A DNA stretch of 64,000 nt from a virus: positions 1 through 64,000 of the IMG/VR virus record IMGVR_UViG_3300045972_000071; one strand, given 5' to 3'. Below the pieces are notes generated by a model. The model did not search any database. It was not told the DNA's origin and saw nothing but the letters and a program-made list of their open reading frames with translations. Shown here one piece after another: positions 1 to 8,660 of the stretch. Within the stretch, counting starts at the first letter, position 1, and each line of letters opens with the position of its first letter. The position numbers and the translations under genes are program-made.

Positions 1-496
1 CGCCGAGAACGATCTGTTGTTTCGGCCAGTTAAAGAATTTCCATAGTTGTATCAGACAAGCGACAAGTGACTTACCTTCTCCACGCATCCATGACAAGAT
101 AATTAGCTTGTATACGAATCGCCCGTTAACCATTCGCAATGCTTGACGCATGACGGTCTTTTGCTCTTGCCAGATATTATCGTAAGACTTGCCGGACTTC
201 GGATGTATGTCCGTTGACAAGTCTTTGATACGTGTCCAGATTGTAATATCTGAACCCTCTGGATATACGGGAATTGAAACCTTATCCTCGCACCATTTTA
301 TGAATCCCTCTGGACCATCTCTATAGTCTATCGGTTCATAAATCTCATAAGGTGCAAGTTTGTACGGGTCATATAATTCAGGATCATATACCTCTGCGGC
401 AGTGATAGTTGCAAGAGCATCATCGGGTGATTGTTCCTCTAAATCTTCTTCCTCTACAATGTCGGCTACTTTACGCCTTGCAATAATTGTTGCCAT
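1..496 (-). CDS. terL: Terminase large subunit, N-terminal part (runs off the window edge)
   Basis: My translation from the ATG at 496 reads MATIIARRK...GFIKWCEDKV...WQEQK...LIILSWMRGEGKSLVACLIQLW, a terminase-type Walker A (RGEGKS). It is missing from the ORF track because it is truncated. Confidence 0.85.
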   Translation of the reverse strand, partial: MATIIARRKVADIVEEEDLEEQSPDDALATITAAEVYDPELYDPYKLAPYEIYEPIDYRDGPEGFIKWCEDKVSIPVYPEGSDITIWTRIKDLSTDIHPKSGKSYDNIWQEQKTVMRQALRMVNGRFVYKLIILSWMRGEGKSLVACLIQLWKFFNWPKQQIVLG

Positions 497-534
497 AGTT
501 TTCTTTTCCTTTACATCCGAGGATGCGTAGCACG

Positions 535-642
535 TAAGATAGTAAAGAGCCTCTCCTTTACTATCTATTGTTTGCTTTTATCTTCTTATCTTTTACGTGA
601 CAGGTTTCAGTCGGTCTAGTGTGACTGGAATCAGTGCTACTG
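535..642 (-). repeat. Inverted ~110-bp copy of a segment (19616-19725) inside the replication initiator gene
   Basis: The reverse complement reads cagtagcactgattccagtc(ac)actagaccgactgaaacctgtcacgtaaaagata..., near-identical to 19616 onward. Confidence 0.9.
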
Positions 643-656
643 ATATCCGCTAAGAG

Positions 657-1232
657 TTATCGCACCACGTTGCGTTTCGTCTCAGAACCTTTACTGATTT
701 CCGTATAGTGAGACGGGTCACCGTAACCACCATGCTTGTGAATACTACTATCTCCACCGGGTAGATTCGGTACGGGCACACCGGTCATTCCAATCTCTTT
801 CCATATCACGGTAATGGTTTTCAGCGTCTCACGGATTTCCTTAAAGATAGGATGGATCAAAGTCCTCCCCTTATCATCTTCATAGGCCATCGAAGCAACG
901 GATTTTGCAATGATCTTCATCTGGCAAAGCTGACCATATAAAGGTACAAGATGCATACCAATCCTAAACATGTCAGCTTCATCCAAATACCGATAGGTGC
1001 GGAATATCGTCTCCACAAAGGACTGTAGATACTGCGATTGCAGATCACACTTACCAGTCACGCGGGAAGCATTCTTGTAAACGCAGTCGTGCCCGATAGG
1101 GCACGCCGCGGGTGAGCAGTCCTGTATGCAATCCCAGGCAACAAGCTGTTTCCCCTCTCGGACTTCCCCTTTCTGCAAGGTGTTCGCTTGTATATTTAAG
1201 GTCGGTACAAAATCTACTTCATCGTCACGCAT
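657..1232 (-). CDS. Putative terminase small subunit
   Basis: 191 aa, directly upstream of terL on the same strand, RBS GGAGG. Called by position only. Confidence 0.55.
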   Translation of the reverse strand: MRDDEVDFVPTLNIQANTLQKGEVREGKQLVAWDCIQDCSPAACPIGHDCVYKNASRVTGKCDLQSQYLQSFVETIFRTYRYLDEADMFRIGMHLVPLYGQLCQMKIIAKSVASMAYEDDKGRTLIHPIFKEIRETLKTITVIWKEIGMTGVPVPNLPGGDSSIHKHGGYGDPSHYTEISKGSETKRNVVR

Positions 1233-1910
1233 AGTATACCTCCGGGAGTTATATTGTCTAGTACACTATCGCTTGTTGGGTTACGATGTCAATATATTTG
1301 AGTGGTGACGGAATTTTCGGACGATATACGCCTACGGGGTGAGGGGGGAACGCCAGGTGTAATCGGGAAATGTCAGCCATGTATGATATACACTGTTGGT
1401 AGTCATAATTCATCGAGGTCATTGACCAACTTCCAGTTTTCTGGGAAAAATTGAGAACAGGACCTGTCAGATCGCATAAAAATTTTGCAGTTGAGATAAA
1501 AGTCGGGGGGCTAAGTGCTTGAAATCACTACGTTTTTTCTAAGTCAATACATAAAAATGATTAAAAATTATTAAAATGAATGATTCTTTTGAGCATATCA
1601 GCATTATTAATGAACATTAACATGCATTTGAGCGTCAATTTTACATAAAAATCACGTCAAAAAAGCGTGATTGCAATGCATAGAAACATGCTCTAAAACG
1701 CTCAAATATCGCTTGCAAACGATTTTTAGCATATAACGCTTATCACTGTATAGAGTGAGATATTGACACGCTGAAAACGCTTTAAAATTGATGATAATAA
1801 AACGCTTGCAATATGCATTTAGTTCACGTATAAAGTAATTACATTTAACTGCTCTTTTAAAACTTAATAGCTTTTTTTGATTGCACTCGAAACGCAATAT
1901 TAAAAAAGCA

Positions 1911-2577
1911 TCACTCAAAAGATTAATAAACGCTTTCTTTCTTGCAATTAAAAAAATTCAAGTAAAGCGAGCGTGACTACTATGAAAACTACAACATTAA
2001 AGTCAATGAATTTGAGCAAAGAAGCATTCGAAGTATTGTTTTATTATGCTACTCTTTCGAATGTTTTCTATAGTTATGCTGCTGAATTGACACAAGAAGA
2101 AGTAGAAAAATGTCATTTCTCTGCTAACACGATTAATTCAAAGTTAGCTTACAGAAAGCAGTTAAACAATAAAGAAAGAAATGTTTTGATTAGAATTGAG
2201 ACTCAAGACATTTCAAACGTAGTACAAAGAAGCAGAGACATCACTAAATCAGATAAACTTAATAGAGCGTTAGCAGAATTTAGAACGCTCAATCAGCATG
2301 TTAAGTATATAAACGCTTTAAATGCAGAGTATTACGACAAAAGAACAAAAGAATATACTTTGATTAATGTAGATAACGCTTATGTGTTAAGACATTGTAA
2401 ACATAATGATTCGAAATTGCGTCACTTGTTTACAAAAGAAGTTACAGAAAAAAATGAGTTCAGATATGTAGAAAAAAACGAAGTCTCAATGTTTAAAGCA
2501 GAATAGTTTCAAGTTCTGAACATGTCAGAACTATAACTGAACATGTGAAAGAAAGCGTTTATTAATCTTTTGAGTGA
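1911..2577. repeat. Perfect 31-bp inverted repeat (1911-1941 / 2547-2577) flanking one gene, plus an outer bulged arm (1843-1859 / 2591-2609)
   Basis: tcactcaaaagattaataaacgctttctttc vs gaaagaaagcgtttattaatcttttgagtga. Confidence 0.92.
1982..2506 (+). CDS. Hypothetical pre-early protein with no Gly, Pro or Trp
   Basis: Long ORF in AT-rich DNA with a GG-free SD-like AAAGCGAGCG upstream. Alternative start at 1973. Confidence 0.75.
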   Translation: MKTTTLKSMNLSKEAFEVLFYYATLSNVFYSYAAELTQEEVEKCHFSANTINSKLAYRKQLNNKERNVLIRIETQDISNVVQRSRDITKSDKLNRALAEFRTLNQHVKYINALNAEYYDKRTKEYTLINVDNAYVLRHCKHNDSKLRHLFTKEVTEKNEFRYVEKNEVSMFKAE

Positions 2578-2699
2578 ATGCAGAAAGAAGTAAAAGAAAG
2601 CAGTTAAATTTATTCAAGAAAAGGATATGCTATGAATACCGAAACGGGCAGAACCGAAGAAACTACACGTCAAGCTAATAACATGCGGAGGACTGTATA

Positions 2700-2825
2700 A
2701 TGTACAATCACCGACACTTCCATCCCCGTAAGAATCGTTTTAACCGTAAAGAGTCTATGCTAAAAACGCTAATTATGGCGGCATACACAACCTTTGTTAT
2801 ATTGCTTATCTACTGCACCCAGTAA
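2700..2825 (+). CDS. 41-aa basic peptide with a C-terminal hydrophobic helix
   Basis: GGAGG RBS; MYNHRHFHPRKNRFNRKESMLKTLIMAAYTTFVILLIYCTQ; followed by a terminator. Confidence 0.5.
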   Translation: MYNHRHFHPRKNRFNRKESMLKTLIMAAYTTFVILLIYCTQ

Positions 2826-2830
2826 GAATC

Positions 2831-2863
2831 AGCGCATCTGCTACGGTGGATGCGCTTTCCTTT
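2831..2863 (+). terminator. Intrinsic terminator
   Basis: agcgcatctg-ctac-ggtggatgcgct followed by ttccttt. Confidence 0.6.
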
Positions 2864-3178
2864 GCCATTAAATCCGTGTCTGGTTGTGCCACTGACCCAC
2901 CCACTATCTTCATGCTGGCACCGCTCTGCTGGACGTGTACATGACCCATCATATTCCCAAGACTACTACAACGTGGCATACGTACGGACAGAGAGCGGCT
3001 GGACCGTGGATATGTACACGTAAAGCCCCACGAACGGCCCATTGCTAACGACTACAAGAACCATCCACTAACCCACCCATCCCGTACTCAATGGCTAACT
3101 ATTTTGAACCACGATGTTACAAATCGAATAAACCATGATATAGTCTATCTGTAGTTAAATACAAATTGGAGGTGCAAT

Positions 3179-3514
3179 ATGAGTGTGAACTTTTCGGTGG
3201 TCGTGGTTTTGAACCAGAAGTATGAAGAACAAGATGGTACGGAGACCGAGAACTTTGAGGTCTTGTCCAGCAAACTCGATCTTGGCAACTTCCGTGCTAA
3301 CCGTTTCATCTGTCCAATCAACTCACATGGCAACATCGACGACTTCGGTGAGCGCACCCTCACAACTGACGAGGACATCAACTTCTACATGAATGGTCTT
3401 ATGAAGATTGACACCCTGCAGACCGAGATTGCTTACCGTTACATCACTGCTATTCAGATGCGAATCCTTGGATGCACTGGTTCATCACTTGAGTTACACG
3501 TCTGCTGGAGCTAA
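3179..3514 (+). CDS. Hypothetical early protein
   Basis: RBS GGAGGT, promoter unit upstream. Confidence 0.7.
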   Translation: MSVNFSVVVVLNQKYEEQDGTETENFEVLSSKLDLGNFRANRFICPINSHGNIDDFGERTLTTDEDINFYMNGLMKIDTLQTEIAYRYITAIQMRILGCTGSSLELHVCWS

Positions 3515-3557
3515 CGAACAGAACAAGTGCCCGCAGACGCGGTAGGAGATATCAGCC

Positions 3558-3872
3558 ATGGTAGAGAAAACTCACAACCCATTCTTCCTCAAAATTTACA
3601 AAGCGATGTTTATCAATGGTAACGGTGGACTGTGCCGTTGGGGTTCATCAGCTTGGAACACAGCCTTTGGATATCGACACAAACTTCCACTGACTACCGA
3701 AGACTGTGGCACATCCTGGGCATCAATCTACAATGAAGATGGAACCCTCTGTATTGAGGTGCAACTGCTACCCATAGGACCGAAGGGAACAAGAAAGCAC
3801 CGAGTGACCACGTTCTGCAATAAATGTAAGACCTTCATTCCAGCGGGTAGAATCCATCAGCATAAGTGTTAA
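3558..3872 (+). CDS. Hypothetical early protein with a C-terminal CxxC...HxxxC Zn motif
   Basis: RBS AGGAG; CNKC...HQHKC. Confidence 0.7.
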   Translation: MVEKTHNPFFLKIYKAMFINGNGGLCRWGSSAWNTAFGYRHKLPLTTEDCGTSWASIYNEDGTLCIEVQLLPIGPKGTRKHRVTTFCNKCKTFIPAGRIHQHKC

Positions 3873-3887
3873 TCACTGGGTAGATCA

Positions 3888-3923
3888 TGGGCTGTGGGTC
3901 TCGGGATTCACGGCCCTTTCTTT
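3888..3923 (+). terminator. Intrinsic terminator
   Basis: gggctgtgggtc-tcgg-gattcacggccc-tttcttt. Confidence 0.7.
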
Positions 3924-4252
3924 ATGTATTCCTCTGCCACGCCCAGTTCATAGTTATTACCAATGACGGACCATCTTGTACTACTAAGCTAGACGCTTTC
4001 GTGGTCATATTCTAGTGGATGCTGACAATCCATTGATTAGCCACATTCTCTGCCACGCTTTGATACAAAGTGCTTGTTCTAATATGTCTAAATGATTGCC
4101 ACAGCTTACGAATGATGTGTCCAGCGGTAGTAATGGGTATATAACACCGATGAAACTGCTATTCTACTGAGATAAGCCCGTTTGAGTCCTGATGTGGCTG
4201 ACTGCTGGCTGTGGAATGAGTGCGAGACCGTCTGAATGTGGTGGACGTGAAC

Positions 4253-4297
4253 TCCTGTCCTGTCCTGTCCTGTCCTGTCCTGTCCTGTCCTGTCTTG
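4253..4297 (+). repeat. (TCCTG)8 microsatellite plus one degenerate unit
   Basis: Directly visible tandem repeat. Confidence 0.95.
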
Positions 4298-4699
4298 CCA
4301 TCCTACTCCTTTTGTGTCCTTTCTTGTCCACACTTCTATATCCATACGCTTCCTATACATTACTGCTCCTTTTACGTCCACTATTACTACATCCAACGGT
4401 ACTACTTACAAAGGGTTTACTGGTACTATTGCTAGTGGGTTTGTATCCTTTTCTTTGGTTGGCTCCTTTGTTCCGTTTTTGTCTGAATTATTATTCGGCT
4501 GGGTTCATTTGTTTGATTTGCTTGGAATTATTTCCGCACTCGGCATGGTTTTCTATTTGCATTTCCATTGCTGGGGTTTGTGCGTCCTGCTTGCTCTTGG
4601 TTAATTATATTTGTAGGTGTGTTGTTAGTTCTTGCTGAGCCTTATTGACCACTGTATTCTATATTTAGTAGTTCATCTTGCTGTTTGCGGAGGTTTCAG

Positions 4700-4828
4700 A
4701 TGCATGTTATGGATCAGTTGGCAATGTGTTCGTTGTTGGTAGAGTTTCATCCTAGGTTTGCTGGGTATGTTGTGCGGGTTGCTGAGTTTGCTTCTGCCGC
4801 TGTTATTCTTGATTCCGAGAACTTCTAA
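4700..4828 (+). CDS. Small hypothetical protein (42 aa)
   Basis: GGAGG RBS after a promoter unit; below the ORF-track length cutoff. Confidence 0.5.
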   Translation: MHVMDQLAMCSLLVEFHPRFAGYVVRVAEFASAAVILDSENF

Positions 4829-4839
4829 AGGAGATTACC

Positions 4840-4995
4840 ATGTCCATGTCTGATTTGTTTAAAGAGTGTTTTGATGATTGCGGGTATTCTGAGGCTGTTG
4901 GCATCTTTGCTGACGATATAACCGAGGACTTTTCATCCCCTTTGTCCATCGGTATTAACTTCGTTGATGGATCTACATTTCGTTACTATATTTGA
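4840..4995 (+). CDS. Small acidic hypothetical protein (51 aa)
   Basis: AAGGAG RBS; MSMSDLFKECFDDCGYSEAVGIFADDITEDF... Confidence 0.6.
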   Translation: MSMSDLFKECFDDCGYSEAVGIFADDITEDFSSPLSIGINFVDGSTFRYYI

Positions 4996-5000
4996 GGAGG

Positions 5001-5210
5001 ATGGCTATGCTACCAAAGAGAATCGAGATTGTACCGTCTAAAACCTACGCTACTGAGGAGAATGCTGCCCGTGCTGTGATAAAGCTGATACCTGTGTGTC
5101 CTTGTCGCTACTTCATAATGAAGAATGAGAAAGGGCGGTACTTTCCAGTATTTATCGGTGTTGGGTGCCTTGACTACGGTATCCAGTTTCATTTCAACGT
5201 GATCGCATAA
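5001..5210 (+). CDS. Hypothetical early protein
   Basis: RBS GAGGAGG, operonic. Confidence 0.65.
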   Translation: MAMLPKRIEIVPSKTYATEENAARAVIKLIPVCPCRYFIMKNEKGRYFPVFIGVGCLDYGIQFHFNVIA

Positions 5211-5217
5211 AAGGAGA

Positions 5218-5427
5218 TTGGCCATGACTATTGATACCGTGCCATTTACTTTGGCAAAGCACTACGAATCCGCTGGACGTATTGACCGTGCTATACTCAC
5301 TGCCAATATTTATACGCTGACACGCCACGGAGTTATATCTGAGGCATTCTGCACCGACTGGGATGCAATGACAGATTGTGCCTTGACAGTTGAGGAGGTT
5401 GCCGCTAATGGTTATGACCGCACTTGA
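5218..5427 (+). CDS. Hypothetical early protein
   Basis: RBS AAGGAG, operonic. Confidence 0.6.
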   Translation: MAMTIDTVPFTLAKHYESAGRIDRAILTANIYTLTRHGVISEAFCTDWDAMTDCALTVEEVAANGYDRT

Positions 5428-5860
5428 TTGTATCTCACACGATGAACCATTGATGGACGGTACAGAAGAGTTCCCTATTCATGGTTCATTACTCACCTCT
5501 GCTGAGTCCATGTTGATACGGAAAAACATGAAGGGATTCCGCAGGCACTGGCATTGTCTTGAGAAAGCCCAGCGTGTTGTTTCTTTGCTCGGACGTGGAG
5601 TTGTTGTTATCGGGAGCCTGCATGTTATCAGCGGGGATGGCAAGAGTACCTACGGATATAATTTTAATCCACCGTATGAGTTTCATGCGTGGGTCCAGTT
5701 GAATGATGGAATCATTGATGTCGCTCTGCCAGGAGTTATTGATCGGGGATTGTCCGCTTGTGATGATTACGGTCCCTATCTAGTCCAGAGAACTCCGATT
5801 ATCCTAGCTGGCACACCGCTCTATTGGACTTACTATAAGCCCCATGAGATAATCTACTGA
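5408..5860 (+). CDS. Hypothetical protein, possible transglutaminase/papain-like fold
   Basis: Spacing of C (WHC), H (FHAWV) and D (IIDV) resembles a Cys-His-Asp triad. Confidence 0.5.
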   Translation: MVMTALDCISHDEPLMDGTEEFPIHGSLLTSAESMLIRKNMKGFRRHWHCLEKAQRVVSLLGRGVVVIGSLHVISGDGKSTYGYNFNPPYEFHAWVQLNDGIIDVALPGVIDRGLSACDDYGPYLVQRTPIILAGTPLYWTYYKPHEIIY

Positions 5861-5959
5861 TGGCAAGATTTGTTTGATGGTGTGCTGATACTGCTTGTAT
5901 TCCACATGTGTCCACACTATGCTGTATTTGTAGTTAAATACAGATAGTTGGAGTCCATC

Positions 5960-6316
5960 ATGTTAATTTGCAAAGAGTGTGGCGAACCGTTTGACCCAAA
6001 GCATCCGCATCATAGACGCGGACATTTCTCAGTGTGTGGCGATTGCGAGCCTAAGCATATAGTGGACGGCAATCGCTCCATTGCATTCTTTGACGTTACT
6101 GGCAAGAGTCAGTATCAGCTGGAGATAATTGTCAATCCAGCTGATGCAGAGAAAGCCATGGTAAAGCGAATGGGCCGTTGTGGTCCTAGTCACTGTCACA
6201 CTTCGCTGGGCCTTTGTAGCAACGGAGCAAACACACCCAAAGACAAAATTGATGCTGTTCATGCTTCATTATATGATGCGCCAGACTCAGATGTTGCGGC
6301 AAAGAAAGAGAGATAA
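5960..6316 (+). CDS. Zn-finger hypothetical protein
   Basis: CKEC...CGDC; promoter unit upstream. Confidence 0.65.
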   Translation: MLICKECGEPFDPKHPHHRRGHFSVCGDCEPKHIVDGNRSIAFFDVTGKSQYQLEIIVNPADAEKAMVKRMGRCGPSHCHTSLGLCSNGANTPKDKIDAVHASLYDAPDSDVAAKKER

Positions 6317-6491
6317 GGTAAGATACATGTCCAGCGTTCATGCTTATTGTAGTATCTGTTTGTGTGAACGCTGGCAATCCTGATCTTGTTTGATGGACAG
6401 AAATCTTATGTGGCGTGCATATTTATGTTGTGATCCTTATGTGTCCACGCTATTGTATATCAGAAGTTAAATTTAGTTGGAGGTGAGCATC

Positions 6492-6752
6492 ATGCCGAAG
6501 AAAGTGGTGAGACCAGCATCAATTCTGTTCAATGCGTGTACCGATCTTGAGAAGGACATACTCAATCAGGACACACGGGCTCAGGGTATTGAGAAAGCCA
6601 TCAAGATTCTCAAAGACAATGGATCAGCTTACGTTCCCATCCTTCTGTTGCAGAACGAATTGGACTTCACCAACGAGAATATTGAACTGCTTTCCCGTAG
6701 TCATACTGGAAATGTCCCACTGCTTATCAAGACTTACAGAGACTTGAAGTAG
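6492..6752 (+). CDS. Hypothetical early protein
   Basis: RBS GGAGGT, promoter unit upstream. Confidence 0.65.
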   Translation: MPKKVVRPASILFNACTDLEKDILNQDTRAQGIEKAIKILKDNGSAYVPILLLQNELDFTNENIELLSRSHTGNVPLLIKTYRDLK

Positions 6753-6855
6753 GCAAGAAAACTGCATTGGCTTGCATAATTATGTTGTGAGCCAGTGCAG
6801 TCCATGCGATAGTATACTTACATAGAAGTTAAACACAGTTTAGAAGGAGAATGTC

Positions 6856-7032
6856 ATGTCCGCAATAATTCAGATCACCGCATCAGGCAAGTATGTAGCC
6901 GTCACCGTAGACTCAAACGATCATCCCATTGATATCAGCCCGCAGTATCCTAATCTTAGTGGAGCAACCGACTTCTGCAACAGCAGTAACTTGCCGTGGG
7001 CATTGGGTTGGACTTTCGTGGAGGGATGCTAA
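6856..7032 (+). CDS. Hypothetical early protein (58 aa)
   Basis: RBS AAGGAG after a promoter unit. Confidence 0.6.
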   Translation: MSAIIQITASGKYVAVTVDSNDHPIDISPQYPNLSGATDFCNSSNLPWALGWTFVEGC

Positions 7033-7052
7033 TAAACCAAAGGAGAAGGAAA

Positions 7053-7274
7053 ATGACCAAGCGTGAATTTGACAAGGTGTGTCGTGGATGTAGAGAAGAT
7101 TTTGAAGCCGATGCCAACACTGATGGAAGTGAAATGACTATTCAGGATGTTGCCTACGACATGGCAGATTCGATGATGTATGACAAAGAAATGATGGACT
7201 ACTTGAAGAAAGCATATCCAGGCGTTGACAAACAAACTCTAAAGGAGATCCTAGCAGATAATCTGTGCGGGTAA
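7053..7274 (+). CDS. Small acidic hypothetical protein
   Basis: RBS AAGGAG; rich in D and E. Confidence 0.65.
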   Translation: MTKREFDKVCRGCREDFEADANTDGSEMTIQDVAYDMADSMMYDKEMMDYLKKAYPGVDKQTLKEILADNLCG

Positions 7275-7283
7275 TTGATTCAT

Positions 7284-7544
7284 ATGGCAAAATACGATCC
7301 GAAGAACACCGTAATTCAACTAGGGGAGAGGTATGTCCAGGGATATAGCCTCAAAACAGATAAGGTATACTGCACGGCATATACGAGTGATGCTAAACGA
7401 TTCACAGCAGAGGCCGCACAGGTATTCCTTAGAGAACACTGTGGGAAAGATAGAGGCATTGAATATAAGCATATTATATTGCACTTGATTAAACCAGGAC
7501 AGCCGTTTAGACCGTACGATGATGATGGCAATCTTTCTTCATAG
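7284..7544 (+). CDS. Hypothetical early protein
   Basis: Operonic ORF. Confidence 0.55.
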   Translation: MAKYDPKNTVIQLGERYVQGYSLKTDKVYCTAYTSDAKRFTAEAAQVFLREHCGKDRGIEYKHIILHLIKPGQPFRPYDDDGNLSS

Positions 7545-7734
7545 GCGTGTACATTTAGCTTGATCGCCTTATATGACCATGAGATTATGTCTCATAGAAG
7601 TTAAATTCAAGACACAGATTGGAGTCCAAAATGAGAAAGCCAGCCGACAAGCATGTATGTGAAAAATGTTATTGTAAGTTCAACTCGATGGTCTTCACAG
7701 TTCGCATCGTCAATGGCAAGTTCTACTGCGATAA

Positions 7735-7941
7735 GTGCGAGGTGGCAAAGTGAAATCGTCACTCTTTGATGTATGGGGAACTACGAACAGGCAACCACGA
7801 TATCTTGTTGCATCGTACGGCGATAAAGAACTTGCCAAAGCACATGCAAATCGACTACGCAAAACACTCACGAAGGGCGAGCGTTGGTACTACAAACTCA
7901 GTTACATCACAAAGAGGGGGACATCAAATGGCAACAATTAA
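7735..7941 (+). CDS. Hypothetical early protein
   Basis: Operonic ORF; start uncertain. Confidence 0.5.
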   Translation: MRGGKVKSSLFDVWGTTNRQPRYLVASYGDKELAKAHANRLRKTLTKGERWYYKLSYITKRGTSNGNN

Positions 7942-8203
7942 CAGAGAAGAACTGGCACAGTTTATCAAAGACACAGGTGGCAAGATATTCACTGCCACTT
8001 TTGTGAAGAAAGATAACTCTGTCCGCAACATGAATTGTCGCAAGGGAGTCCACGCATTCACACATGGTGGCACGAACAAAGCGGCAGAGTCTCACAAGAA
8101 CCTCAACATCGTATTTGACATGCAGGCACATGAATATCGCATGATAAACATGGAGACCGTAACCAAAATCAAATTTCAGAAAAAAGAATACGAGGTGGTG
8201 TAA
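7928..8203 (+). CDS. Conserved phage protein (SH3/WYL-like fold)
   Basis: GKIFTATFVKKDNSVRNMNCRKGV...VFDM...YRMIN pattern, common in phage proteins. Confidence 0.6.
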   Translation: MATINREELAQFIKDTGGKIFTATFVKKDNSVRNMNCRKGVHAFTHGGTNKAAESHKNLNIVFDMQAHEYRMINMETVTKIKFQKKEYEVV

Positions 8204-8562
8204 TGGGTGACTTCCACGACATGCTACACAGAAACATGGCGAAAGCCGAAGCTATCTATCCATCACTTAGACGAAAGTACCAGTGGCAACATGTTAAACT
8301 GATCTTCACCGAAGAAGAGAACGGGAAAGCCGGGCAAAGCTGGCAGTCCAGTTCTACAATCGAAGTGAACTTTCACTATGCTGATTCATACAAGGTCATT
8401 GAGTGGGTCATTGTCCACGAATTGTGTCACATCATTACTCCACTGATATACCCCAACGATCATCTTGTATGCTCCGACCGTGATCTGGATGAGAACCACT
8501 CAATCAACTGGGTCATTGTGATGCAAAATATGGGGTACGATCCCTCTACACACATTGGTTAA
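8203..8562 (+). CDS. SprT-like zinc metalloprotease
   Basis: HELCH (HExxH) plus a downstream H...W; AG motif. Confidence 0.7.
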   Translation: MGDFHDMLHRNMAKAEAIYPSLRRKYQWQHVKLIFTEEENGKAGQSWQSSSTIEVNFHYADSYKVIEWVIVHELCHIITPLIYPNDHLVCSDRDLDENHSINWVIVMQNMGYDPSTHIG

Positions 8563-8660
8563 AAATCTTAATTGGACTGCATATTTCTCTTGTAGTATAT
8601 GCAGTCCATGCTAGAGTACATGTACATAGAAGTTAAATTTAGTATGTAAAGGAGTTCAAG

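Larger units (their letters stand above)
1511..2622. other. GG/CC-free tract, probable genome-end or first-entering region
   Basis: Line-by-line inspection found no GG or CC between the G6 run (1505-1510) and the GG at 2623. Confidence 0.9.

Noticed and set aside
1911-2577. IS/MITE or retron
   Set aside because: No transposase or reverse transcriptase motifs in the enclosed ORF or the window, and no target-site duplication seen.
4253-4297. CRISPR array or coding repeat (ORFs 4106-4396, 4192-4638, 4220-4435)
   Set aside because: There are no spacers, and the overlapping ORFs look like by-products of a repeat and a stop-poor T-rich tract, with no RBS.
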